Of a stretch of DNA of 64,000 bases, positions 12,801 to 23,982 are shown piece by piece. Source of the stretch: Octopus bimaculoides (lineage: Eukaryota); assembly GCF_001194135.2 (NCBI RefSeq), contig NC_068995.1, positions 14,806,037 through 14,870,036 of the forward strand, given 5' to 3'. The notes below the pieces were generated by a model. It saw only the letters and a program-made list of their open reading frames with translations. It had not been told where the DNA came from and did not search any database. Every line of letters begins with the position of its first letter. The first letter of the stretch is position 1. Both the position numbers and the translations under genes were made by a program.

Positions 12801-14355
12801 AGATTTGTTTGTCAGTTGCTTGACCTTAACCACTTGAACATGTTTCTTAGTGGCTGACAACATGTGCATCTCTGATCATGAACAGGAGCAGTCGGAGAGT
12901 ACCATAGCCATGTGTTAAGAGGGATTCTTTGGTGCTTTGAATAAATGTAACAAAAGCAAAGTTTGAAGAAAATATTAGCCATTTTTCATACTTTCTAGGG
13001 GTAAACAAATAGGCAATTACAGTTGCTACCACCCAAAGATAAAAATCATGTTACATTGTGTAATAGAGTAGAATACAATGTGAAAGTTATTTGGCTGCTA
13101 TTTCTAACAGGCCAAGTGACTTCATAGAATTTCTTTCCTGACTCATTGAATTTTGTGTTCATGCAATGTGATATGAATAAGGAATATGACAGGGTTTGAA
13201 ATCATCTTTAGATTGTCTTTGTCATGTATAAGACGGGAGCCATATTGTGTCGTTAGAAAGTGTTTCATGTACAAGGAAACAAGACAGTGCAGGGGTGATG
13301 CTCAGGTGAGGAGGGACTGGGAGAAGTGATTTGTGTTTGTGCAGGGCCTGGTGTTAGCTGAGGCTCAGTTGGCTAAAACAGCTATGGTGACCTGCAAGCG
13401 GAAGGTTTTACATTGGAGTGGCCTTCTTGTCAGTGAATTGCCTTACAAGGCTGGAGAGCTCTACCTAACCTGGAGTTGACAGAAGAGTGTGGAAGAGAGC
13501 ACTGAACTGCTTGAGAGACTCCACTGCTTGATTAGCTGTTGAGGTTGACTCCTCTAGTCTTTTCCTTTTCCATGACACTCACAAGGCAGTGATGACTTGT
13601 GCTTGGTGCTTCTTCCGTAACATGCTTATTAGCCCATAGCTAGGACTCTGACAGGTACTACTATTTCAGGTCAATGTAGACCTGGGGGAAATAGTGGCTA
13701 AGATGTAGATCCACGCACCTCAAATCCCTGGAACTTGTGGACCTGAGCCCCACTACTAGATGTAGTTTGAAGTCATACCCAAAAGCTTTGGGTCTAAAGA
13801 GTGGAATCGGATTACATGAACTGATCCTCACTTTAAAATTACTAAGTGCAGGCAGGAGGAAAAGCCCAACAGTATTAAAGATTGGTTTACATAACCACTT
13901 GAGGGAACGCCATTCTCCCTTATGATCTTCAGACAAAGAAACTGATTTCTGAGCTACACATCCCACCAAGGAATGTTATTCTAGAGATCCTTCAGAGGAA
14001 TCCCATTTTGGCCACTAGTATTTCTGATTAAATTCTTTTAGTCATTACCTACCATTCACGATCATAGCTGAGGACAGATATGAAAACTAAATTGAGGATA
14101 GTATAGTTTTACTTTTTTACCAACTTCTCTTTATACCACAAAAAATTAAAATTATTACAAAAAAATAATGAAATCATATGTTGTAAGTGTAAGGAATACC
14201 TCTTGGAGTAAAATGATATCATATTCACTTTCTGACAGGGCTTTCGCAAGGCTTTTAATCCTAAACTCCTTGTCCTTACACATCCATGGGAAGGGGAAGG
14301 CCCTGGAAAATAAAAGCAAAGAGAAGAAATTAAGGTCAAACTAAGGTTATTATTA

Positions 14356-14389
<34 letters not shown>

Positions 14390-17215
14390 GGTGAAATCAA
14401 TAGCAAAGCAAATCGTGAGCTGGCAGAATTGTTAGCACTCTAGATGAAATGCTTAGCGGTATTTCACCCATCATTACATACTGAGTTCAAATTCTGGTGA
14501 GGTCGACTTTGTCTTTCATCCTTTCAGGGTTGATAAATTAAATACCAGTGAAACACTGGGGCTCAATGTAATCGACTAGTCCCCTCCCCAAAATTTCAAG
14601 TCTTGTACCTTCAGTAGAAAGGATCATCATCACCACGTAATGGATAAAAATAGCACAAACATCATTCTGTTAGAAGATAAGATTTAATTTGAAGACAAAA
14701 TATAATTGTTACCATGTTTCTGTCTTTAAATCATTTGGAAATTTGTGTTTCTTATTATTAGAAATGGATAAAGCGACTTATGGTGATCCTTGTACATATA
14801 TGTTAATGCAATTGAAATAAATTTATCAGATTTATGAGGTGAGATCTAAAATAAAGATACAATTTTCTCTGTACATATCTTTTTCTTTTTTTTTGTTCTT
14901 AACCCTTTCGTTACCAACCTGTAGTACAAATGTCTTGTTTTCATAAGTTTTGAATCAAAATCTTCCACCAAACCTTAGTCATAATTTATGTTCCTAACAC
15001 TAGCTGAATGATAACTAAGTTATTTTACTAAATTCTTTGTTATATTTTAAATTAATTGAAAGAAATACAGAGCATCTCAAAATAAATACAGTAACGAAAG
15101 GGTTAAATACTCTGAATTTCTTGAAAGTCTGCAAAAGGATTGTTGGATTCACCTGTCATGCATGGGGAGCTCCTTTATAGGATCCAGTTAGCTCTGATGA
15201 TGTCTTGAGCTAACTGGATCCTATAAAGGAGCTGTTGTGGTAGCAGACCACGAAACATGGTTGAAATTCCTCTGAGGTGAGATCTAAAATAAAGATACAA
15301 TTTTCTCTGTACATATCTTTTTTTTTTTGTTCTTAAATACTCTGAATTTCTTGAAAGTCTGCAAAAGGATTGTTAGATTTACCTGTCATGCCTGGGGATT
15401 TACCTGGGATATGTATTCTACTACATTTATTGGTATCTGATTGTTGAAGATTTATAATCAAATTCTTTTAATACTGAGTGCTAAAGCAACATTTGCTTTG
15501 AAGTCAGTAGAAAGTGAAAAAGACTAGCAGGCACGCAAGCGCACACACTCACATACGCATCCATTGACTATCTTATTCCTGACTTGAATAGTGAAATACA
15601 TTCACACAATGTATGTTTGTATGTATGATTTATGTGTGAATATGTATATAAACATAATGGTTGTGGGTGGGGGCGAACGCGCCCATCTCTTTCATTTTCC
15701 ACTGACTTCTAGGCAAATGTTGCTTTCGCCACATCATGAAAACAAAAGTAAATAAATAAATCTGACGTAAATTAACGAACAACCAGCTGTAAACATTGAC
15801 TAATCTGAGACCAAAAACGATTGCTTACCAATAAATTATCTTTTACATACCTTTCTTAAATCACTCTGTCGCCCTAATGAAATTCCTTACAAGCATGCAT
15901 GCATGCACACACACACACACACACACTGAGTGTGAGCAATATACTATCACAGAGTGTAAGAAAATTTCACCATGAGAAAATGAAAAGGATAAACAAAAAG
16001 AAAAAGAAAAAAAATTTTTTTCTATTGCTGTCACAGATTAAAAAAATTTTAAATGAAGTGAAACTTTTCAAATTTTGTATATTAATGTACTTTTTCATGC
16101 TGAATGCAGTAAATTTTTATAAAAATGTTACAAAGGTTTAAAGTTTTATTTTTACTCAATCGGAAAACGCGATTTGTACGTGACAGCTGTCATAAAATGG
16201 AAGTAAACATTAGAAATCGATGTTTTAAACAAAATGAAAGTAATGTTTTGGTTAATATAATCACGGATAAACGAAAAAAATTAAGGGATGGTCACGGTTG
16301 GAAATGCTTTTAATCATATGCCAGCAGGATAAATGCTAACGTACCGCTGAATGAAACAAATACTAGCTGAAATGAAAATTGGATGAGCTGTGTACGCTGT
16401 CGTCTTCTCTTCTTTTCGTATGAATGAAACGTTGATATATGACTAGAAATGTCAAACTGGGATTGTTGACAACAATAACATACATTTAAGATAACATAGT
16501 TAAGCCAACACAGATTCAAGCCTCTATGTGGTCGTACAGCCAGATTTTCCTTAAACCATACCCTGGGGGTGGGGGGCGTAGGGGCGGTCTGCCCCTGGCG
16601 GCACTTTTGGGTCTGCTGTAGGCAATATGTGTTTTTTTGCGGGGCGACAAACGGTAGGAGCACCCCGAGCTGCACACACTCTAGCTACGCTAGTGGGCAT
16701 TCTGCATTATGAAGTCTAAACAAGTTCAAACAACAATGAAAAGATTTTTTAAATAGATGGTCACGGCTGGAATGGCTCTGATCGTACTCTTAGATCAGTA
16801 GCTAACCAGGACAATGTTCGATTGCTGAAAATAGCAGTCAAATCTTCTTCGAGACACAATCAGCTGTCTTAAAAACAGAACACATTATAGTTCCTGGTGA
16901 ACGAAAAGATAGGATCATCACGATTGGAACGCATTTGATCGTAAATCCAGCAAGTTTAGTTACTTGGGGGGTAGATAAACTACGTTAATACGGTTTCTTT
17001 CGCTGCTATGATGAATCAAAATCAAAAACACACACATATAGACCACACGTACGCGAAAGTTTCTTTTTCAAATTATTTAACTAATTCAATTATTAACTTG
17101 ATAAGATATTTAATTATTTATAATAGGTTATCAAAATACATTTTTTTAAAATAAGTATAAATAAATGAACGAATATTTACCAGCAATTCAAAGTGAGGAT
17201 TTTGAGTGAAAACAT
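1017..17215 (-). CDS. SMPD2: Neutral sphingomyelinase 1 (SMPD2-like), paralog copy 1, 8 coding exons
   Basis: Exons 17215-17181, 14302-14200, 12410-12334, 10212-10029, 8040-7837, 5451-5322, 4293-4127 (gapped) and a last exon visible at 1278-1017 join in frame. Motifs: LTLNCW, LLQE, GDWFAGKGVG, THIHAEY, GGDCN, RIDY, SDHEG, then two C-terminal hydrophobic helices. Confidence 0.93.
2870..3960 (+). mobile_element. Degenerate RTE-clade LINE (RT and C-terminal region) in copy 1 intron 7
   Basis: Translates to ...FIIVLHAITKHFKIGCP*ILLYSDDL...KGLKVNQAKTK...WPCLIC (decayed YADD box); many stops. Confidence 0.8.
4127..4293 (-). CDS. SMPD2: Copy 1 exon 7 (internal N gap): GTDI...SDHEGVSATFNLMSAPT
   Basis: Acceptor tttcag ends at 4294, donor gtgaga starts at 4126; catalytic SDH motif; phase 1 at both ends. 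Confidence 0.88.
5322..5451 (-). CDS. SMPD2: Copy 1 exon 6: PDVIDEEFASTCELPDNCYT...RIDYLLFRANS
   Basis: 130 bp, cacag acceptor, gtacta donor, RIDY motif. Confidence 0.92.
7837..8040 (-). CDS. SMPD2: Copy 1 exon 5: IHAEYNKDNDEY...GGDCN...NDAWLKK
   Basis: 204 bp, ttccag acceptor, gtcagt donor; HAEY and GDxN motifs. Confidence 0.93.
10029..10212 (-). CDS. SMPD2: Copy 1 exon 4: (S)GSFGSGMCVFTKY...HGDWFAGKGVG...YITH
   Basis: 184 bp, atacag acceptor, gtaagt donor; P-loop-like DxFxGKGVG segment. Confidence 0.93.
11610..11967 (+). mobile_element. Ty3/gypsy pol fragment (RNase H region)
   Basis: GQIEKEVLVIMFAIRKFHRFL..SDHQ...RLQCWGTVLLNYNFKMEF..KLGHADCLSRL, with frameshifts. Confidence 0.8.
12334..12410 (-). 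CDS. SMPD2: Copy 1 exon 3: IWCTSDFEYLQLIISNKLPYSHYFYS
   Basis: 77 bp, ttgcag acceptor, gtaagg donor; phases fit the neighbouring exons. Confidence 0.9.
13248..13622 (-). mobile_element. Probable solo LTR, present only in copy 1 intron 2
   Basis: Minus strand reads TGTTACG...CGACA with a degenerate polyA signal near the 3' end; absent from the homologous copy 2 site (~43190); no clean TSD. Confidence 0.45.
14200..14302 (-). CDS. SMPD2: Copy 1 exon 2: (W)AFPFPWMCKDKEFRIKSLAKALSESEYDIILLQE
   Basis: 103 bp, ttccag acceptor, gtattc donor; ends in the Mg-binding Glu of the QE motif. Confidence 0.9.
14903..15102. mobile_element. piggyBac-like MITE with TTAA TSD
   Basis: TTAA-CCCTTTCGTTAC...GTAACGAAAGGG-TTAA; the empty site (gttcttaaatactc) is visible in the adjacent direct duplicate at ~15330. 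Confidence 0.85.
17181..17215 (-). CDS. SMPD2: Copy 1 exon 1: MFSLKILTLNC(W)
   Basis: ATG at 17215, TG|gtaaat donor; LNCW motif. Confidence 0.88.
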
Positions 17216-17439
17216 CGGGCAAAATTATTTGTGACTTAACGACAGTAAATGGAGCAACACTGACGGCTATTTCCTGTTGCTTATGCGAGATAGACTGACT
17301 TTCCTTTTGTTCTTTTGTTGTTGTTTTTAAGCAAGCCCACGCCCTCGCAAATAAGTCCCTACCACTATGGTCTTATGAAGAACTTGAAGATCTCTACGGT
17401 TGTATGATGTATCAAATTTAGTTCAAGGTTATATATATA

Positions 17440-18353
17440 TGTTGGACCATCCCATAAATAATGTGTGTTTTTTCCAATTGCATGAACTAAAAGTCGGAAG
17501 GGGGCGGGATAAACTACCTGTATCAACTTGCTATAAAAGCAGGTAGTAAGTTTATCTTGTACTTATTCATAGAGCAAGTTTTGAAGAGTACAGTTCGACT
17601 TTAACAGTTATTTTTTCAAAGCTATAATGGAAGTGACAAAGGAGCATATTCGGCATATTTTGCTTTATGAGTTCGATAAAGGGAACAACGCAACGGAAAG
17701 TGCGAGGAGTATTAATGTAATATATGGGGATCGGACAATAAGCGTAAGTCAGGGTCGACGGTGGTTCCAGAAATTCCGAGACGGAAACTACAGCCTAGAA
17801 GACAAGCCTCGTCCTGTAAGCTCTGTAGAGCTCGACGAGAACATCCTGCAAACCCTGGTGGAACAAAATCCAATCGTAACTGTTGAGGAACTAGCAGAGA
17901 AGCTTGGACTTGGTCATTCAACCATTCAGCGACACCTACTTGCCATCAGAATACGATCATCTTTGGTTTGTAGATGAAAGGTGTTCTTCCATCAGGATAA
18001 TGCTCGGCCACATACAGCGAGGATGACATTCCAGAGGTTGGAACAATTTGAATGGGAAACGATGCTCCATCCACCATATTTGTCAGGCATTGCTCCATCT
18101 AACTCTTCATTTATTTCAGTTTTCAAAATCAATTGAACGGAAAAAATATGAATTCTGTAGACGCGGTCAGAACAGCGCTGGAGGAGTTTTTACGTCACGG
18201 ACAAGTGAATTTTGGAAAAGGGGCTTTGCAAGTCTACCAGTTTGATGGGAGAGCATTGTAGAAAATGAAGGAGAGTATATTTTAGATTTAAAAAGAAATT
18301 TTGAAAGATAAAAGGAGTATAAAAAACCACATTATTTATAGGCTGACCTAATA
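17440..18353 (+). mobile_element. Internally deleted mariner element
   Basis: ~30 bp TIRs (ttggaccatcccataaataatg); MEVTKEHIRHILLYEF from 17627; lacks ~0.35-0.4 kb relative to the copy at 59221. Confidence 0.92.
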
Positions 18354-18587
18354 AGTACGGATAAACATCATCGTATATGCTCCTTCTCCACTTAATCTAT
18401 ACAAACGACTAACCAAATTTACATTTATAGTCAATACTAACTAACGTCAATAGTATTTTTCTTTTAATTCAAAGTTCTAAATGAACCTGTTTGTTCGCGT
18501 ATAAAACTATTAATAATTGCCGGAAGCATTAAGAAAAATAAACGATATCTATTATCAAATATTGTTTTGTTAACATTGTTCATAGTT

Positions 18588-18631
<44 letters not shown>

Positions 18632-19079
18632 TTAACGTCCGTTGTCCATGCTGGAATGGGTTGGATGGTCTGACTGGTCTGGCACGCTGGAAGGCTGCAC
18701 CAGACTCCAGTACGATCTGGTATGATTCAAGAGAGGTGTCCATTATATTTGATTGTAACTTTGTAAACTTTTTGCAAACACATTTGAAATGTTGTTAGTG
18801 GATCTTAATATACCACTAGTTTATAGTTATGTAATTTTAGCTGGTCTTGCTGAGTAAATTTGACTTTTATGGACAGGTAAATTTGATTAACAGGTGTAAA
18901 AGCAATAACATTATAGATAAACACCAAAATTGAAATTCTTAATGCATCTTATCTGTTTGATTTCTTACTAAAATTATCCCAGATGGCAACCGACAAAAAA
19001 TTTGCCACTTTTCAAGATGAAGTACAAAAATTTGAATTAATTTAAATACAGGTATAATCGGTACAAGATTTTATTCTTT

Positions 19080-19457
19080 CAGTAAATATTTCGTACCTCG
19101 GTGTGGGATAATTTTTTCTACAGTTTTTTCGGGTGCACTCATCGTATCTGACCTCCAAACCCACCGCAAGTCACTTTTTTTCCGGAAAAGAAAGCTGGGA
19201 GGGGCGGTGGGGACCTCAATGTTTCCCACCAAGAGAGTTTTGTTTCGCGAGTTTTTTTTTTCTTTCTTTTCGGGTTATTTTGCAAGCTTTCGACGAATGT
19301 GACTTTGAAATCACGAGTAAACGGCTCCTTTTTCCAGAAAAGGAAAGGTTTGGCCGCTGACAATCTGAAAATAATAGAAAAATTAAAAGTTAAATCGTTA
19401 ACGAAAATGTTAACTTCGTTAATTAGCGATTAACGGATTAATGAACTTACGCCCAGC
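19080..19457 (-). mobile_element. hAT-like DNA transposon end
   Basis: Minus strand starts CAGAGCTGGGC followed by GTTAAC/TTAACG subterminal repeats; the partner end was not found. Confidence 0.45.
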
Positions 19458-19622
19458 TCTGTATGTATGTATACATACATACATGTATATTGTTTGTTGT
19501 ACCTTGTTTATCATTTTGTCCATGTTCTTTTGCCACGTCATGTACCCAGTTATGTATCTATATGTACATGTAGATGAAGGTATGTATATACATGTACATA
19601 TATATACATATACTCATATATT

Positions 19623-19725
<103 letters not shown>

Positions 19726-19746
19726 TATGGTCGGTTTACGGGATTA

Positions 19747-19903
19747 CCCTGGGTTTCACGTCCATAAAGCTCTTAGTTTTACAGCGTTCCTTCAGACCCT
19801 AGGCATATGGCCTTTCTAGAAGCCACTTGCTAGAGAGGCCATAGGCCTAGGGTCTGTAGAAACGTTGTAAACCTATGCGCTTTATGGACGTGAAAATCCA
19901 GGG
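19747..19903. mobile_element. Palindromic MITE, TA-flanked
   Basis: TA-CCCTGG...CCAGGG-TA; ~74 bp arms with ~10 mismatches and a 10 nt loop. Confidence 0.7.
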
Positions 19904-19905
19904 TA

Positions 19906-20283
19906 TCTTTATCTATGTACTCTGCTGCTCTCTGGCTTGGAGAGTGCTTCTTTTTCGGATTTATGATTCACTAGAAGTAGTAGCGACTGCATTTGAAAGA
20001 GATCTCTGCCAGCGCTACTGGTTCTTCCTTCCGTCGAGTGCGTTTTTCTTTGATGACGAGTTCCTGTTTTTCTTCCGCTCGCTTCATCCCCTTTTGCAGT
20101 ATATGTCTCCAGTATGGGCGATCATTTTGTGACCTCCTTCCATCTTAGGATGTCCAGATCAAGCGACTTCATATCTCTCTTACAGACGTCCTTGAAACGA
20201 AGATAAGCTCGTCCTCGTGCTCTTGTGCCAGAGTCCAATTCTCCATACAGGTCTTTTGGGATCCTTCCGTCCGGCATGTGATG
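19906..20283 (-). mobile_element. RTE LINE 3' ORF fragment, interrupted by the pogo-like element; continues at 22741-22960
   Basis: ...RLCWLGHV|HHMPDGRIPKDL.YGELDSGTRARGR..LRFKDVCKRDMK. Confidence 0.85.
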
Positions 20284-20285
20284 TA

Positions 20286-22738
20286 GAGGAAACAGGGGCA
20301 AGATGGATCACTGGGGTAAAACGGACCAGCCCCATTTTAGACATCTAAATAGGACTTAACCGTCGTGAATGCTTTCTAATTCAAAGTTACTTACCTTCGA
20401 TCTCACATCCCGAAAAGTTTCGTTTTGGCGGCTGTTTTCATGACACAGGAAGAAAAATACTGAAATTCAAGTCTTCAATGTAAGTAATGCTTTCAAATAT
20501 ATCATATTAATGAAATAAATACCAACACCTTAGGTAAGTATGGCCTATCATGTTTTAAAGCATTTCAAATGTCAATGTTTAAGGGGCAACAACCTTGAAT
20601 TTTTCCCCTAGGTTTGGATGCAGAGCAGACATTTTTTGTTGTAACCTGAATGGGGCAAAACGGACCAAAGGGTGTTGGGGCAAAACTCTCCACTGTCCCG
20701 TTTTGCCCCATATGTGTGTATGTTATTTGTGTGTGTGCGTGTATGCATGCACATGCGTGTGCATGTGTGTGTATGTGAGTGTGTTTGCCCCGTCTTCCCC
20801 TACATGACCGAGCCAGCACAGACGATGCTGCTGGAGCAGGGTGTGTATGTTGTGTATCTTGGCGCGGTTGAGGACTTCGGTGTTGGTGATGTCGTCGGTC
20901 CACTTGATGTCTAAGATGCGTTTTAAATTACGAAGGCGGAAGACGTTGAGACGTAGCTCCTGTCTGGAATAGAGGCCATATGTCTCACTGCCGCAAAGTA
21001 GTATACAGTTTTAAGCCTGCACAGACGCGCGCACGTGCACACAAACACACACACACACATACACACGGAGGCAATCGTGGAAAGCACAAATACCACTGTG
21101 CACTTGTGATGGAGTGTTTGCGTGCTTGTTTGTTGCAACGTTGCTTGAGCCAAAAAGAAATGCCCGGTGATGCTCATTGCACACTGCCTGCATTAATCTT
21201 CAAGAGGAAACGCATAGCCGACCCACTGCTTCATGGAGCACCAGATGGTTCAGTTGCTTATGGAAGTGAAAATGGATGGATTGATCGGGAAACATTTTTT
21301 AAGTGGCTACGCCATTTCATTCAGCATACAAATCCATCAGTTGAAAGAAAAGTGCTCTTCCTTTTGGACAATCACATCAGCCACATTAAATTGGATGCAA
21401 TTGAGCTTGTTCGCAAGCATGGCGTAGTCATGGTATCAATTCCACCTCATACCAGCCACAAGCTTCAGCCCTTAGACAGGACCTTTTTTGTGCCCCTCAA
21501 ACCCTTTTATCACCAGGAAGTTGACAAGTGGATCATCAATCACCAAAGTCAGCGGGTAGATGACTTCAAAGTTACTGCCTTTTTGGGGGCAGGCCTTCAT
21601 ACGAGCTGCAACAGTTCAGAATGCCTGCAGTGGATTTCGTTGCACCGGGATCTGGCCATACAATCTGGATGTGTTTGGTGATGTCGATTTCATTTCGACA
21701 GAAGTCACTGAAATTGCTGATTCTAAGGAAAGTCCAGCACCATTACAGGAACAGCCACAAGTAGATCCTGCACCCATCCAGTCTTATGATCCATCTGTCA
21801 AAGGTGCAGATGGATGCAAAAGTCAAGAAGACACAGAGGTAGGCCTACACAATTCACAACAAAGAATCTCTGTCGTTTCCTTGTCGTCTGTTCCACGAAC
21901 TCAGGCTACAGCAAGAAAACGAAGAGCTTAGACTTCAGAGTGCCTCAGCAGTTCACCCTTTAAAGACTCTCTCTCAGCGAAAGCCATGAAAAAACTAACA
22001 ACTAAACCAACAGCAAGGAGAAATGCTTGCAAACTCAAGACCCCTGGAAGTGTGATGAAGACACCAGCCTGCACATCAAAAAAAAACAAAAAAAAAAAAA
22101 ACAGACAAGGAGTTCCATTGCATTTTCTGTGACGAACTTTATCAAGAACCCCTAACAGGAAATTGGATTGAACGCCAGCTGTGCAGGGAATGGGCACATG
22201 AAAAGTGTAATGGGATTGAAATTGATGACGTTACATTCATTTGTGAACTTCGTGTCCCCTAATCAGTTACCTTGCTGACCAGTCACACTGAGCAGTATTT
22301 CTGTGTCTTTAGGGGAAAAAAACATGAACCTTCAGGGATGAGATCGATCTGCAAACTGAGAGCAGGAAACAATATTTCTCATGATCATAGTTTATGTTCA
22401 TTTATGCCATTTTTAGTTGTTTTATAAATAAAAGATATATTCCAGTATAATACACACGAGTATGTAATTGAACATGGCAAAATATATTAAACATTCTTAT
22501 GGGGCAAAGCGGTACAACCTGGACCCTTTTGCTCCAGTGCTGGGGCATAATGGACCATGTCTGATAAAAATTTCTTTTGCACATATCTATCCAAGATTTT
22601 TTTCCAATTAATCATACTACACAGAAACATGAGAATGGCTATTCTCTATGCACATAGCAATTTACATTAAGACGTGTGCATGTTAGACGGAAATCTCGAA
22701 TTTTTTCTGTAGGCGGTCCATGTTGCCCCGTCTTCCCC
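20286..22738 (+). mobile_element. pogo-like (DDE_1-type) DNA transposon relic with C-terminal PHD finger
   Basis: TA TSD; TIR consensus GGGGAAGACGGGGCAACATGGACC; SENGWID...LLDNHISH...PPHTSHKLQPLD at ~21160-21540, frameshifted; decayed PHD at 22119-22262. Confidence 0.85.
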
Positions 22739-23382
22739 TACATGACCGAGGCAGCGCAGACGATGCTACTGGAGCAGGGTGTGTATGCTGAGTATCCTGG
22801 CGCGGTTGAGGACTTCGGTGTTGCTGATGTCGTCCGTCCACTTGATATCCAAGAATGCGTCTCAAATTACGCAGGTGGAGGACGTTGAGACGCCGCTCTT
22901 GTCTGGAATAGATGCTCCATGTCTCACTGCCGCAAAGTAGCATACAGTTTTAAGCCTGCACAGATACACACACACACGCACACACAAACACACAAACACA
23001 CATGCAAACAATCGCTGCAAGCACAAATACCACTGTGCACATGTGATGCATGCTTGTTTGTTGCAACGTTGCTTGAGTCACAAAAAAAATGCAGGAAAAA
23101 TTTCAGTGCCCTTAGAAATTCGTGCCAAAATAGAAACCACTGTTAAAACAAGAGAATGTGTGATATATATATGCATAACGAATGGGTGTGTAGGCTGGCA
23201 GTCGATAAGTGAATCATCAGACCAAAAATGAGGTGTCGTGCAGGAGGTTAACAATTGTGTTTTTACAGTCATTCACATAAAAGATGTCCCCGTGAATTTT
23301 GCATGGTGAAAACAGCATTCAGCATGACATGGTTTTGAAACAGAGATTGTGCATTATATTTTACTGCAAAAGATTACGTAAG

Positions 23383-23418
<36 letters not shown>

Positions 23419-23439
23419 GGTTAGTTCTTTGTTGCAGGG

Positions 23440-23830
23440 TGGGGAAGCAAAACTTGAAAAATAATAGCTAATTCACCAAATTTATTTATATTACAATCAG
23501 CTACCTGAAATAAATATAATTTTAACACAAAATTATAGGGGTATAAAGAGATAATTTATTCAATATGTCTGCTTTCATTGTCCACCACAGCCTTCACACG
23601 CCGCCTGAAGGCGTCACAACTCTTCATGATGAAGTACTCAGACATATTGTCTCACTCTTCCCTCAGGATTTGCTTGAAATGATCAAAACTTGGATGTACA
23701 GTTCTGTTGGTAGAGTGCTCCAATTTGCCCGATAAGGCATAGTTCAGGAAATTTAAGTCTGCGCTGGAAGAAAGCTAGAAGTTGACAGGCCGAAAATCGG
23801 CGAAGTTGTCTCGCAGAATTTCTACAGTTT
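23440..23830 (-). mobile_element. Tc1/mariner-superfamily transposase C-terminal relic
   Basis: SSSADLNFLNY (decayed SSPDLNPLDY)...FRRRVKAVVDNESRHIE*, then a ccccaccctg-type end. Confidence 0.7.
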
Positions 23831-23936
23831 CTTCGCCGTGTGAACAGGAGAATCATCTTAGGTCCACACATAATTACCGTTGGGGTAGTTAGACTTCAGC
23901 CAAGGCAAAACCTTCTACTTCAGGATGTTTTATTTA

Positions 23937-23982
<46 letters not shown>

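Noticed and set aside
15190-15210. CTGATGA in the hairpin loop (hammerhead or C/D box)
   Set aside because: No GAAA partner or snoRNA architecture.
19080-19450. CpG-rich island with GC box and a short ATG...GT exon candidate (MSAPEKTVEKIIPHR)
   Set aside because: Ends in a hAT-like terminus, has no counterpart in copy 2 and no supporting exons.
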